Shown: positions 1 to 10,748, counted from the first letter of the stretch. The stretch: 32,000 nt of DNA from Richelia intracellularis HH01 (GCF_000350105.1 NZ_CAIY01000016.1:16609-48608), one strand, 5' to 3'. Notes: generated by a model from the letters alone, not told the origin. Translations and numbers: made by a program.

Positions 1-556
1 TGTAATTGGATTGAGTTTACCCCTGCTCAGGCAGATGCTGAGTGATTTAGACTACCGTATTTTAGATTTTTGGTAATAAATCAATTAACAAATTTAATTA
101 TTTTACTCACCTTTTTGGTAGGACAAGTATTTTTGTATCGATAGATAATACATTAATCATTTCAAAATACCTTGTGGATTTATCATAAATTTCATTGTAA
201 TAAATTAACATAGTTTTCATGGGGTTTATTGAAGCACTTATATGAAATAATTGTTTTATGATGCTCATATAATTTGTCGATTATTATTTTAATTTAATCC
301 CCAATAATATTAAATTAGTCTAGGATTAAAGACTTAAGTAATCACAAATAATTTTAGTTAGGTACTTTATAATGTTTTATTCCTTATATTCAAGGTGAGC
401 TTGAACTATTGCTTTTTTTAGTTGAGTTTATATATAAAACTGCTTTGTTTCGTAATAGGATAAGAGTATTTTCCGCATTTTATTCAGAATATATGTTATT
501 TACCTCATAAATCTATAGATTAGTAAGCAAGTTATTTTGCTCTCAACCAACTAATT

Positions 557-1075
557 ATGTCTAACTTCCCAGATTCCTATACAGTCTCCTCTCCTTACCT
601 TTATATGCATTTGTCCTTAATTTCAGTTGTTTTTATTTCTCTTCTTATCAATGCCATTTATTTAGTATTTACCCCCGATGCGATTGCATTGACACAGATA
701 AAATTATTTGAAGTATCTTACCATGAGTGTACTCCAGAAATAGCTAAAGGGTTAGTAAATAGCAATAGTCGAAACATTCTGCCAGCAAACTGTTTCATTG
801 TCACTGGAAAAGCTGAAAATACAACAAATCAAACAGTCTATGATGCAGACATTTTTGGGCGTGTTTATGATGCTAACAATGACCCAGTAATGCAAAACCG
901 AAATAGACTAGGCTCCATTCCAGAAGTTTCTCCAGGAATAAATGATTTCAACCTGAGAATTTCCGTACCTACAAATCAGCCAACTCCACTAAAACTGAAA
1001 AAGTTTAAAGCAGTAGGATTTAGTTCTTCTGTTAGACCAGAAAAATTATACTTAAATTTAGAATCACAACATTAA
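557..1075 (+). CDS. hypothetical protein with an N-terminal membrane anchor
   Basis: 172-aa ORF from the track. It has one N-terminal hydrophobic helix (LSLISVVFISLLINAIYLVF) followed by a non-repetitive, normal-composition soluble region. G+C is clearly higher than in the flanking spacer. I do not recognise the family. Confidence 0.5.
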   Translation: MSNFPDSYTVSSPYLYMHLSLISVVFISLLINAIYLVFTPDAIALTQIKLFEVSYHECTPEIAKGLVNSNSRNILPANCFIVTGKAENTTNQTVYDADIFGRVYDANNDPVMQNRNRLGSIPEVSPGINDFNLRISVPTNQPTPLKLKKFKAVGFSSSVRPEKLYLNLESQH

Positions 1076-1099
1076 AACCCAAGGAGAATCAGAGATACT

Positions 1100-1142
1100 G
1101 TAGAGATACTTTATATGTTACTGATGATCAAAGTATCTCTAC
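1100..1142. terminator. 13-bp perfect stem (GTAGAGATACTTT / AAAGTATCTCTAC) with a 17-nt loop, lying between convergent genes; putative bidirectional terminator
   Basis: The inverted repeat was read directly. It lies 25 nt after the stop of the + strand ORF (1075) and 27 nt after the stop of yggT (1169, - strand). Neither side has a clean U-tract, so confidence is moderate. Confidence 0.45.
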
Positions 1143-1168
1143 AAATTGAAAAAAATACAAATTCTTAC

Positions 1169-1447
1169 TCAGAACCCAGATAAAAAAGATACTCGGGATA
1201 GTTGGAATAAAACATCTCTCAATATTTGTAAGGCAATAAAAGCCAAAATAGGTGAAAAGTCCATACCTCCGAAAGGTGGGATAATGGAACGGAATAGACC
1301 TAGATAGGGGTCAGTAACTTGGCTAAGTGCTGCAAATGGTTGGTTATACCAATTAATATTAGGGAACCAACTCAAAAGCACACGTATAAATAGCAAGGAG
1401 CTATAAATTCCAATAAAAGTAGCGAGTGTGGTAACTAATAAATTCAT
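1169..1447 (-). CDS. yggT: YggT family membrane protein (Ycf19-like)
   Basis: 92 aa with two hydrophobic helices. It carries the family-typical N-terminal stretch (IRVLLSWFP, then DPYL..FR..IPP.GG.DFSPI) seen in YggT/Ycf19 proteins. Confidence 0.85.
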   Translation of the reverse strand: MNLLVTTLATFIGIYSSLLFIRVLLSWFPNINWYNQPFAALSQVTDPYLGLFRSIIPPFGGMDFSPILAFIALQILRDVLFQLSRVSFLSGF

Positions 1448-1698
1448 GAACTATGATATTTCCTACTCAATTTAAATGATACTTTAATTATTGATTTTAA
1501 TGGAGGGATAGTCATAATGTCTGCTATTTTTAAAACTCCACTTTCGCAAATATCATAATTAATTGCTCAGGGGAATTGATTCAAAAGCATTTTATTTTAC
1601 ACAAATATATTTTTTTGGAGGGATATTCAAAATAATTATGGCTTAACAATCAACATAATTTGTTTTTAGAGTTACATGGATCCCTTCTCCGTTTACAA

Positions 1699-2052
1699 CT
1701 ATGTGTTACTGGTGTGATTGCTATTGACAGGTACTGAACTTTGACCGACATTTCCTAACTGTTGTCTAACTTCATCAATAGTAATGTTTAACTGGGCTAT
1801 TTTTTCTTCGAGGGATCGCCGAGTCATTTCCATATTAATTTCACTGTTTGTAACTTTAATCTGTTTTGGTTTTCTATGGCTTTGGTAGGTTTCAACAGAT
1901 CCACTATGAACCTGTGATTCTTCTACAGATTGTTCCATATCACCTCGACTAGCAAGAATAGAACCAATAATACCTCCTACCAAGCTACCAAGAACAGCTC
2001 CAGCCAAAAACCCACTTCCAAAACCTTCTCGCTGATTCATACTTTTAACCAC
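1699..2052 (-). CDS. YtxH-like glycine-zipper / coiled-coil protein
   Basis: 117 aa. The N-terminal Gly-rich helix is GFGSGFLAGAVLGSLVGGIIGSILAS. The C-terminal part looks like a coiled coil (RRSLEEKIAQLNITIDEVRQQL). This architecture is typical of YtxH-domain proteins. It lies 70 bp downstream of upp on the same strand. Confidence 0.6.
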   Translation of the reverse strand: MVKSMNQREGFGSGFLAGAVLGSLVGGIIGSILASRGDMEQSVEESQVHSGSVETYQSHRKPKQIKVTNSEINMEMTRRSLEEKIAQLNITIDEVRQQLGNVGQSSVPVNSNHTSNT

Positions 2053-2122
2053 TACGACTAAACTTTGCTAATTTCAGGATGTTCATTTATGATTTATCAC
2101 CTGAATTTTGCTATATCCCAAC

Positions 2123-2773
2123 TCAATTACCAAAAATACGATTGCCAGCATCTCCCAATCCAGGTAAAACCAAACCCTGGTCATTTATGGTTTGATCAAT
2201 TGTTGCCGCATAAACAATAAGACCAGGGTAATTTTTACCCAATTGTTGTAAAGCGAGGGAGGATGAAACGACACAAATAACTCTAGTTAAAGATGGATCT
2301 ATTCCTCGCTGTAATAATTCCGACATTGCTACCATAATTGACCCCCCTGTTGCCAATATTGGTTCAGTAATTAAAACTCGCGTCTGGGGATCAAATTTTT
2401 CTGGCATGGAGTTCAAATAGCAACTATGCTGTAATGTTTCTTCATTACGCTGTAAACCTAAGTGATAAATGGAAGCTAGAGGTAACAATGTCTGTGCACC
2501 CTCTAGTAGTGCCAGTCCTGCACGCAGAATAGGTATAACTGCCACTGGTACTTCTGCATCAATAAAAGTAGCATCACATGTCTCCAAAGGAGTTTGCACT
2601 AACATATCTCTAGTCGGTAGCCATTCTCTGGCTGCTTCATAGGCTAACCAGCGACCTAGTTCTATAATGGCACTCCGGAACAGCACGGAGGGTGTATTTA
2701 CATCACGGGCTACCGCTAACCAGTGTTTAATTAAGGGATGGGGGGGAATATAAACCCGTAATTGTTGGGACAT
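2123..2773 (-). CDS. upp: uracil phosphoribosyltransferase
   Basis: 216 aa. The N-terminus (VYIPPHPLIKHWL), the PRPP-binding loop region (VLITEPILATGGS) and the C-terminal GLGDAGNRIFG are all characteristic of Upp. Confidence 0.9.
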   Translation of the reverse strand: MSQQLRVYIPPHPLIKHWLAVARDVNTPSVLFRSAIIELGRWLAYEAAREWLPTRDMLVQTPLETCDATFIDAEVPVAVIPILRAGLALLEGAQTLLPLASIYHLGLQRNEETLQHSCYLNSMPEKFDPQTRVLITEPILATGGSIMVAMSELLQRGIDPSLTRVICVVSSSLALQQLGKNYPGLIVYAATIDQTINDQGLVLPGLGDAGNRIFGN

Positions 2774-3271
2774 AAATGATCAGAAGGATCAATCCGTATA
2801 ACAACTGAAACAACATCATAACCTGTTACTGTATTAAACTGGTATTTACAAAAATCAAATTACAATATCAATAAATGTAAAAAATATTAACAGAATAAAT
2901 CTACCCTGTGATTAATTCCATTATGTATGTGCGTATTGTACAGTCTTTATCTCATATTAATCAGGCAAGTCAACTATTATAGTCTGATTCTTTCAAGTAA
3001 AAAATACTCAAAATGATTAAACTAATAAGATTTAATATCATTAATTGTTTGATCTCAACAATTTTTATTGAGATGATTTATTAAAACATCTATAATTTAC
3101 ATATGTTGGAGTTTTTCTCTCTTTATAAGGATGAGAGAAAGGGTAAATCTGCAATTTCAGACTGCCCTGTTTTCTATCATTTTTTGAGTGAGGTAAGTTT
3201 AAAATCTAACATTGATTTTAGTATCATTTAATAAGTGTTAACTGAATCAATAGTAATTAAACGATGGCTCC

Positions 3272-4813
3272 ATGCAGCAAAAAACTTATCCTGTAAAAGC
3301 AAAAGTTAGCCAACAATTAGATGTGATCATTGTAGGCTCTGGAATTGGCGGATTGGTCACGGCAACTCAACTCGCAGAAAAAGGTGCAAACGTATTGGTG
3401 TTAGAAAGACACTTGGTCCCAGGGGGTAGTGCTGGCTATTTTGAACGTCAAGGTTATCATTTTGATGTTGGGGCATCAATGATATTGGGTTTTGGTAAAT
3501 ACGGTACTACTAATCTACTTACACGCGCATTGCAAACTGTGAATATGAGATTAGAAACTATACCTGATCCAGTACAAATCCACTACCATCTTCCTAATAA
3601 ATTAGATATCAAAGTTGATCGCAGCTATGAGAAATTTCTTCAAAATATTACTATGTATTTTCCATATGAAAAGCATGGAATACGAAGCTTTTACGATGAG
3701 TGCTGGCAAGTTTTTAACTATCTTAATCAAATAGATTTATTATCACTAGAAGAACCCAAATATTTATTTAGAGTTTTTCGGCAAAATCCCATAGCATGTT
3801 TAAAATTAGCCAAATATTTACCCTTGAATTTGGGAAATATAGCCAAACGCCATATTCAAGATCCTTTACTTTTGAAGTTCATCGATATTGAGTGTTATTG
3901 CTGGTCGGCAGTAACAGCAGAAATGACACCAATGATTAATGCTAGTATGGTATTTTCTGACAGGCACTATGGGGGGGTTAATTATCCGATAGGAGGTGTA
4001 GGAAAAATTGCTCAAAAATTAGTAGAGGGATTAGAAGGAGTTGGAGGTCAAATTAAATACAAGTCAAGGGTAACAAGAATATTGACTATAAATGGAAAAG
4101 CAGTAGGAGTGAAACTATCTGATGGCAAGGTTTATTACGCTAAGCGAATTGTTTCTAATGCTACTCGTTGGGATACATTCAACAAATTATTATCAGAAGA
4201 TTTAAAACCATACTGCGAATATAAATGGCAACAACGCTACCAAAAATCACCAAGTTTTCTTAATTTACATATGGGGGTAAAAGCAGAAGTATTACCTTTA
4301 GATACAGAATGCCATCATGTTATACTTGAAGACTGGAAAAAAATGACAGATGAAGAGGGAACTTTGTTTGTTTCCATTCCCACATTACTAGATGCTAAAT
4401 TGGCACCTAAGGGTTATCATATCATTCACGCATTTACCCCCCATTGGATAAGTAGATGGCAAGGTCTTTCAGCGAAAGAATACACGGTTAGAAAAGAAGA
4501 AGCTGCAGAAAGAATTATTAGGCGACTAGAGCAAATTTTTCCAAATATAAATACTGGATTAGATTATTTGGAAGTGGGAACACCCCTTACTCATCGACGC
4601 TTTTTAGGTAGGGAAGATGGAACTTATGGAGCAATTCCCCGGCAGAAATTGTGGGGTTTATTAGGAATGCCTTTTAATAGAACAGTAATTCCAGGACTAT
4701 ATTGTGTAGGTGATAGTACATTTCCTGGACAAGGTTTAAATGCGGTAGCATTTTCCGGATTTGCCTGTGCCCATAGGATTGGTGTTGATTTGGGGCTAGA
4801 CAAAATAGGATAA
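3272..4813 (+). CDS. crtH: carotenoid (prolycopene) cis-trans isomerase, FAD-dependent
   Basis: 513 aa. The N-terminal dinucleotide-binding motif is VIIVGSGIGGLVTATQLAEKGANVLVLE. Long stretches match my recollection of cyanobacterial CrtH (GGSAGYFERQGYHFDVGASMI, TTNLLTRAL, SNATRWDTF, LYCVGDSTFPGQGLNAVAFSGFACAHRI). Confidence 0.85.
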   Translation: MQQKTYPVKAKVSQQLDVIIVGSGIGGLVTATQLAEKGANVLVLERHLVPGGSAGYFERQGYHFDVGASMILGFGKYGTTNLLTRALQTVNMRLETIPDPVQIHYHLPNKLDIKVDRSYEKFLQNITMYFPYEKHGIRSFYDECWQVFNYLNQIDLLSLEEPKYLFRVFRQNPIACLKLAKYLPLNLGNIAKRHIQDPLLLKFIDIECYCWSAVTAEMTPMINASMVFSDRHYGGVNYPIGGVGKIAQKLVEGLEGVGGQIKYKSRVTRILTINGKAVGVKLSDGKVYYAKRIVSNATRWDTFNKLLSEDLKPYCEYKWQQRYQKSPSFLNLHMGVKAEVLPLDTECHHVILEDWKKMTDEEGTLFVSIPTLLDAKLAPKGYHIIHAFTPHWISRWQGLSAKEYTVRKEEAAERIIRRLEQIFPNINTGLDYLEVGTPLTHRRFLGREDGTYGAIPRQKLWGLLGMPFNRTVIPGLYCVGDSTFPGQGLNAVAFSGFACAHRIGVDLGLDKIG

Positions 4814-5074
4814 TTCACTGTAATTCCAAGGGAAATAAAGTTTTTGTATTCTTTTCAAAAATCTATTCGGCCATTAGGTAATCTTTATGGCTTTCTGTGT
4901 TTTAAGATAAGTTAAATATTTAAAATATGTCCTTTGCAGATAATCACTAACTTTCCAAGGTTTTGAAAATAGTGATAATATACCTATCTTCCACAAAATT
5001 CATGTGCATCATTAATTGGATTTAAAAACCTATGATAAACACATCATTTATAATCCAAACATAAATCCAAATTT

Positions 5075-5122
5075 GCAAGTTCTGGGGTTGTTTTTTTTAA
5101 AAAAAACAACCTCAGAACTTGC
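5075..5122. repeat. 48-bp near-perfect palindrome (24-nt arms, one G/A mismatch, no spacer)
   Basis: The sequence is GCAAGTTCTGGGGTTGTTTTTTTT|AAAAAAAACAACCTCAGAACTTGC. It lies 120 nt downstream of tRNA-Val (- strand) and 260 nt downstream of crtH (+ strand). The T8/A8 run is at the apex of the hairpin, not after the stem, so it is not a textbook intrinsic terminator. Confidence 0.7.
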
Positions 5123-5242
5123 CCTGGAGAAAAAGCTTAAATCATAGAGTCAAGAAACACAATATCATCAAAGAGTACCAATGTTTGAGAAAAACAAAAT
5201 TCTCTCGGATATTCAGTTCAAAGTCAGTAAAACAAAAGCAAG

Positions 5243-5316
<74 letters not shown>

Positions 5317-6834
5317 CTATCTAAGTATCTTAAATACTAGCATAAATATTTTTATCCAGAAACCTTGTAATCACTGATTAAGTAGAATCTATGTTCTATA
5401 CTGGGATAAGTTATTATAAGTTACCAATTGATAATTTACTGTAATGTTCCTACGAGTTCATTCCAATTTATAGGAAAAGATTTAACAAATCCTTAAATTT
5501 GGCAATTGCTTGATTTTAAGGTGTACATTAATTTCATATTGCTTAATACACAATAATATCCTTCTCATATCACTAAAAATTAAACAATAATTTTGGAAAA
5601 TTTATCCTGCTAATAATCAAGTATAATATCTATTATAAGGATTATATATTAATAGAAATTCCCTAGTTTTTTTACTTGCTATAAGTCATGTTTAATTGTT
5701 AAATAAATCATAATGTTAAGGTATACTATTATACTAATTTTTTTATACAGTATATTGTGGTGAAATACTCCTATTTTCTAATCCTAAGAAGTAAAGGAAT
5801 TTTAATAAATAAGCAAGATAATGAACTGTTTCCGAGTGTACAATTGATTTACAGAATATATTTCTTCTCTGATCTTTGCAGATAACTTTATTTATATTTA
5901 GGCTTGCTAGTTGTATTTTTGAACTTTGGTAAATTCTAAATTTAGCTTATTATTTTTTACTAGGTTACTTCATTTTATTTGTAGATGTTGATAAAATTAC
6001 AGTGTAATATTCAACAATAATTAACATAAATACCTCAGTATACTAAAAACCTTAATTAATTTTTCATAGGTTTTAATTGAATTGCTGAGATGATACTTTT
6101 TCCCTACTAAAGCATGTTCTAAATTATCTTATAGCCTATTAATTAGTGAGCTTAGTACTATTAACATCCTAATAAAATTCCCAGTTAACTAACTACCACA
6201 TAATATTTGAAGGAAAATAGAATTTCAAATCACTTATATTTGTCCTTTTGCGGCTGAAATTTAAGTATTACTGAAAATTATATTGGGGTAAAATAGAACA
6301 TAATTTTGGTTCACAGAAAGTTTAAATCTCTATAATAGGGAAACTAGTGTTCTACTACTTAATCTAGTCATTGCCTAATTTAGCAGCTCTGATTTCAGCC
6401 CTAAATACTAGGTATAGCAATTGCTATTTTCCATTATTTTCGAACATATCTCATTGCCAATTAATTTGCATACTAGAAGGCTTCCAAAAAATAATTAGCT
6501 TTTATTAATTATTTGTTAATTTTCTCATTACATTATAATAATATATTTAAAATTGTGATGTACAACTGTCACATAATAGTTTGGAGAATATACTTGAGTT
6601 TAAAGTATATTTAATATAATAAAAATATCTAAAATACATATTTTATTTTCAATAATGAAAATAAAATATAAGTACCAAGCATGGAATATTCCCAATTATA
6701 ATTATTATTTTATATAGCAAAGTAGAAAATTAAATGTAAATTAATTGAGAGCTAATAACTTTCTCTAGTAGTAATAATAGTTTCTAGTTTTTGTTAAAGT
6801 TAGTTAGGTTAATTAGTAATTATAATATAGAAAA

Positions 6835-7614
6835 ATGTTAACAGCTTTAATTACTGGTGCTTCTGTTGGAATTGGTAAGTCTTTTGCAGAAAAGCTGGCA
6901 GCAAATGGTACAAACCTTGTTCTTGTAGCTCGTTCGGGAAGTAAACTTGCAAAATTACGTCAAAAAATACAGGAGAAATATAATGTTAAAACTGAAATAA
7001 TTGTTCAAGACTTAACAGAACCTGATGCTTGTAATAATGTATTTAATATCACTCAGGGAAAAAATTTAACTATTGATTTACTAGTCAATAATGCTGGCTT
7101 TGGTGACTATGGCGAGTTTGCCCAGAGGGATGGGGAACAGCAAATTAAAATGTTGCAATTAAATGTATTGGCATTAGTGGATTTAACTCATAAATATTTA
7201 CCACTGATGCAAATGCGTAACAAGGGAAGTATCATTAATATATCTTCCATTAGCGGTTTTCAGCCCATACCTTATTTTTCTGTGTATGCTGCAAGTAAAG
7301 CATTTGTACTTCATTTTAGCGAGGCTTTATGGGCGGAAAATAAGCACTATGGAGTAAGAGTACTAGCTGTTTGTCCTGGTCCTACGGATACCAACTTTTT
7401 TACTGCTGCAGATTTACCCATGGATGTTGTCAGGAAAGCCAATTCCATCTCCACACCAGAGGAAGTAGTTAATAATGCTCTTAATTCCTTAGAAAAGGGG
7501 AAGTCCATTGCTGTCACTGGTGGTTTTATTAATCAAGCTATAGTTAATATTTCCAGATTCCTGCCTAGGGAAATGACAGTTAAAATTTTATCAAAGCTGT
7601 TTAGTTCACTATAG
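6835..7614 (+). CDS. short-chain dehydrogenase/reductase (SDR) family oxidoreductase
   Basis: 259 aa. The classical SDR motifs are present: TGASVGIG (TGxxxGxG), NNAG, the catalytic S...YAASK (YxxxK), and PGPTDT. The substrate cannot be determined from the sequence. Confidence 0.85.
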   Translation: MLTALITGASVGIGKSFAEKLAANGTNLVLVARSGSKLAKLRQKIQEKYNVKTEIIVQDLTEPDACNNVFNITQGKNLTIDLLVNNAGFGDYGEFAQRDGEQQIKMLQLNVLALVDLTHKYLPLMQMRNKGSIINISSISGFQPIPYFSVYAASKAFVLHFSEALWAENKHYGVRVLAVCPGPTDTNFFTAADLPMDVVRKANSISTPEEVVNNALNSLEKGKSIAVTGGFINQAIVNISRFLPREMTVKILSKLFSSL

Positions 7615-7854
7615 AATAAACGTACTAACGCTGATTTTCTAGAAAGCTGTTGGGAAATTTACTGATCAAATTTTCTATAAATTTTATATCTTTGTTTTAG
7701 GATGGAGTTAATTATAGGTGAATTTTGTAAAACCCTAAAATTAAGGTTTACCAGGAATATTACAATTCTAATGGAGGATAATAATCCCACTATATTTTCC
7801 TTAAATAGTTTTAACAGAATACTAGATACAAAATGAGTACTCTTCTATACAAAC

Positions 7855-7890
7855 ACTTTGTAGACTTTGTAGACTTTGTAGACTTTGTAA
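7855..7890. repeat. 9-bp tandem repeat ACTTTGTAG x4 (last unit ACTTTGTAA)
   Basis: Read directly: three exact units plus one with a single terminal substitution. It lies in the spacer between convergent gene ends (SDR and the ylmH-like gene). Confidence 0.9.
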
Positions 7891-8079
7891 AATTTCCAAG
7901 TATTAATTTTCATAAGTAAATCCACAATACAATTTTCCATTAATTTTGGCACTAGAAATAAGTGTCCTAAGACAATATTTATAAATCAAGACAGACATAA
8001 AAGAATATGAATAGATAAAAGACAAAAGGGTTAGCAATCTAAAATCATAAATTTCTTTTGACCTATTTTATAGAAAGAC

Positions 8080-8859
8080 TTATACATACCTAGTTAGTTG
8101 AACTCGATAGCGCTCTTTTTTTGTCACAGTGATATTGCCTACTTTTAAACGCCCCTTACCACGAATGGAGATTAAATCACCAGATTTAATTTGAGAACTA
8201 GCTTGTATGATTTCTTTCCAGTTAACTCTTACATTTCCACAAGTAATTAGTCCAAGCATTTTACTTCGAGACATCCCAAAACCAGCAGATGCAATGGCAT
8301 CTAATCTTAAAGACGCTTCTACAGTGGTCAATTCTTTTTTACGAGGTTCCTGAACTTTTAGCTCACTTAAATTAATGGGTTCTACTTTCACAGTAACTGA
8401 CCGCACTTTTTTAAGATTAAGTTCTAAGAATCCCACCAAATCTGGTATAAATATAGCTTGTGCCCCCCTTTCTCCCAACAAATTAATATCTCCTATCTTT
8501 CCCCGTATAATCCCAGTATCTAAAATTGCACCCAAAAAGTCACGGTGGCTAGCTGTATCGAAAAGAAAATTGCCTGAAATATTTACAGCTGCAATCGTCA
8601 CTTGACATTGTTCTAGGAGTAATTCTGAACATGCAATTGCAACTCTTTGTCGTTCTGCTTGGGGATAACCCCCCCAAGCTAATATATTTACTTCTGTTAA
8701 TCGGCTGAAAACTTGTTGTGTTTCTGCTAACTCAAGGGGAGATAAAAAGTCTGTTAATACTACTTCCCAAGTTCTAATTGCTTGTTCTGCTAAATCAATC
8801 ACACGAGCTATAGTTTCTCGACTTTCAATACCCTTTAAAATCTTTTCCCTTGGCAGCAT
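8080..8859 (-). CDS. YlmH-like RNA-binding S4-domain protein (family annotated in cyanobacteria as 'photosystem II S4 domain protein')
   Basis: 259 aa. The N-terminal YlmH-type region (FLSPLE...GGYPQAERQRVAI) and the C-terminal S4 domain (LRLDAIASAGFGMSRSKMLGLITCGNVRVNWKE) are both recognisable. Confidence 0.8.
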   Translation of the reverse strand: MLPREKILKGIESRETIARVIDLAEQAIRTWEVVLTDFLSPLELAETQQVFSRLTEVNILAWGGYPQAERQRVAIACSELLLEQCQVTIAAVNISGNFLFDTASHRDFLGAILDTGIIRGKIGDINLLGERGAQAIFIPDLVGFLELNLKKVRSVTVKVEPINLSELKVQEPRKKELTTVEASLRLDAIASAGFGMSRSKMLGLITCGNVRVNWKEIIQASSQIKSGDLISIRGKGRLKVGNITVTKKERYRVQLTRYV

Positions 8860-8917
8860 TATTAATAATAATAAACAACGAATTCTGAATGATAAATTAG
8901 GAAATTTATGTAATTCC

Positions 8918-9427
8918 CTAATATCTTAGATTTAGATCTGTATAATCCTGAAGATTTTCTGGATCAAATTGCCGTAGAATCAGTCTTGCTCTGTATGTAG
9001 TATTTTCTGATTCTTGGACTACAATCAAATATTTGTTGGCATTTAATCTATTTCTATATGTTAACGCATTACCACTTCCAGTCAATAAACCAAAGCCACC
9101 ACCTACGAATATACTGCCTAAAGCGCCACTAAGTGCACCCAAAAGCCCGCCAACAATGTGATTACCAATTTCACCAGCCCAAGCAAATGTTTGCAGATCT
9201 GTAATGAAACTGAATGAAGAGCCTGCAAAAAAACCAAATGGAACTAACCATAAAGCCATTAACTTCAATTGTTTTCTTGCGGACTCTTTTGGATCAACTA
9301 AACCAAATTCATCAGCTGTCTTATATCCTTTACCTATAATTGTGCTTTGAATTTCTTGCTTTTCCAAAGCTAAATAAGCAGCTTCTGCTTTCATTCTGTC
9401 TGATAATATAGCAATAAGATAATTCAT
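8918..9427 (-). CDS. conserved-type membrane protein with a central glycine-zipper (DUF1269-like architecture)
   Basis: 169 aa. A soluble N-terminal alpha/beta-like segment is followed by Gly-rich helices (HIVGGLLGALSGALGSIFVGGGFGLLTGSG) and a soluble C-terminus. It lies 58 bp upstream of the ylmH-like gene on the same strand, so the two could be co-transcribed. The family assignment is by architecture only. Confidence 0.55.
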   Translation of the reverse strand: MNYLIAILSDRMKAEAAYLALEKQEIQSTIIGKGYKTADEFGLVDPKESARKQLKLMALWLVPFGFFAGSSFSFITDLQTFAWAGEIGNHIVGGLLGALSGALGSIFVGGGFGLLTGSGNALTYRNRLNANKYLIVVQESENTTYRARLILRQFDPENLQDYTDLNLRY

Positions 9428-10748
9428 AAGCTTAATGGTTTTAGTAGAATTGGCATACTTTTCATATTATTTATGACTAATATAGTTTTGCTAAATCCAC
9501 TTGCTATTTTACTCATCACGATCATAACTATTTGCAACTATTTCTAATTGTAGAATTATATACAATTTAGCTGTAATAATTAGTTATTTAACGGGATAAA
9601 TTTTTGTGGGATAAGTCTTTGGAACTAGATTTGTAGGCAAATTATGTAAATAACAATTTGCCTAAACTGAGAAATGTTATTGTATTCATCATACCAAAAG
9701 CATAGAAATAATGCCGTGTTTATCCTTATTAGGGATATTCTTACCTGAGCTCATTAATATATAAGTGTTTTGTTAACAGAGAATATTTTATACTGTACCA
9801 GACTTACAACAACAATATTTGTATTAGTAATATGTTTATATTGGGTAAATACTCAACTAACTATCTATAATTAGTGTCTCGTGTAATTTAAACTGTAGGG
9901 CTGACAAAATCTGAAAGAATATTGCTGAGAAAAGTTTATTGATGGCTTTATTTATGTTTAGACTTCAACTATTAATGAATATTTTATCAAATTATTAATG
10001 AATATAAGGGAGAGAAAGTGACAAACATATTCTACTACATAGAATTTTTATAAACGTTGCTTGGGTAATTTACTCCCAATCATTTGACTTTAATCGGTTA
10101 TCTCCGGCATAAAAATTTGTAGGCCTTTTCTTGGTGAGAGCCCAACAAGTAATTATGGAAGTACAAAATAAAAATTAACTACTTTAACTCACCAAAAATA
10201 ATGATAGATAATAAGGTTTGTAAGTGGTAGGTAATGAGAGTAAGTGAGCTGGCATGGGAACATGACTAAAAATATATAATTTCCCTTAGTCTTCCAAAGA
10301 GGTATACTACGGAGAAAAACCAATTTAGACTTTTTAGATAATTGTGGTTTCTCCAGAAGCACAAGATTATTATAGGTTTTTCTCGATTACTGAGACTAAA
10401 ATCAATTCTTTAGGGAATTTATCCTTTTGTACTGCTATAAGGGAGTTTAGGTTAATTTTGATGCAGTATATTTACTTATAAATATTTAACCCACATGCCA
10501 ATATTTACTCCATGCAATTATTTATATCACTCAAATTTTGTATATTGTTCACCCCAGTAAACTTGATGATCATATATTCACCCAATTTAATCAGACTATT
10601 TGTCATAAAAATACACAAAATCATTCTTCCAGTTTGCTGAAACCAGTTAAATAATACTGTTTATAAGCAATATATTCTTATTAATTACAATGTAAAATTT
10701 GCTTATGCTTTATTTTGGGGGCTAAAGTAAGAGTCTAATAAAAGTCTA

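Noticed and set aside
1-76. Possible 3' end of a + strand gene cut by the window start
   Set aside because: Two frames are open from the edge. Frame 1 ends at TGA 43-45. Frame 2 ends at TAA 74-76 and reads ..GLSLPLLRQMLSDLDYRILDFW. The first ~60 nt are G+C-richer than the following spacer, so a gene end is plausible. With at most 25 codons, I can neither choose the frame nor name a product.
4624-4818. 64-aa ORF antisense to the 3' end of crtH
   Set aside because: It lies almost entirely within a well-supported CDS on the opposite strand (only its first 5 nt extend past the crtH stop). No motifs are recognisable. It is a typical shadow ORF.
8375-8605. 76-aa ORF antisense to the ylmH-like gene
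   Set aside because: It is a shadow ORF inside a well-supported CDS, with no recognisable features.
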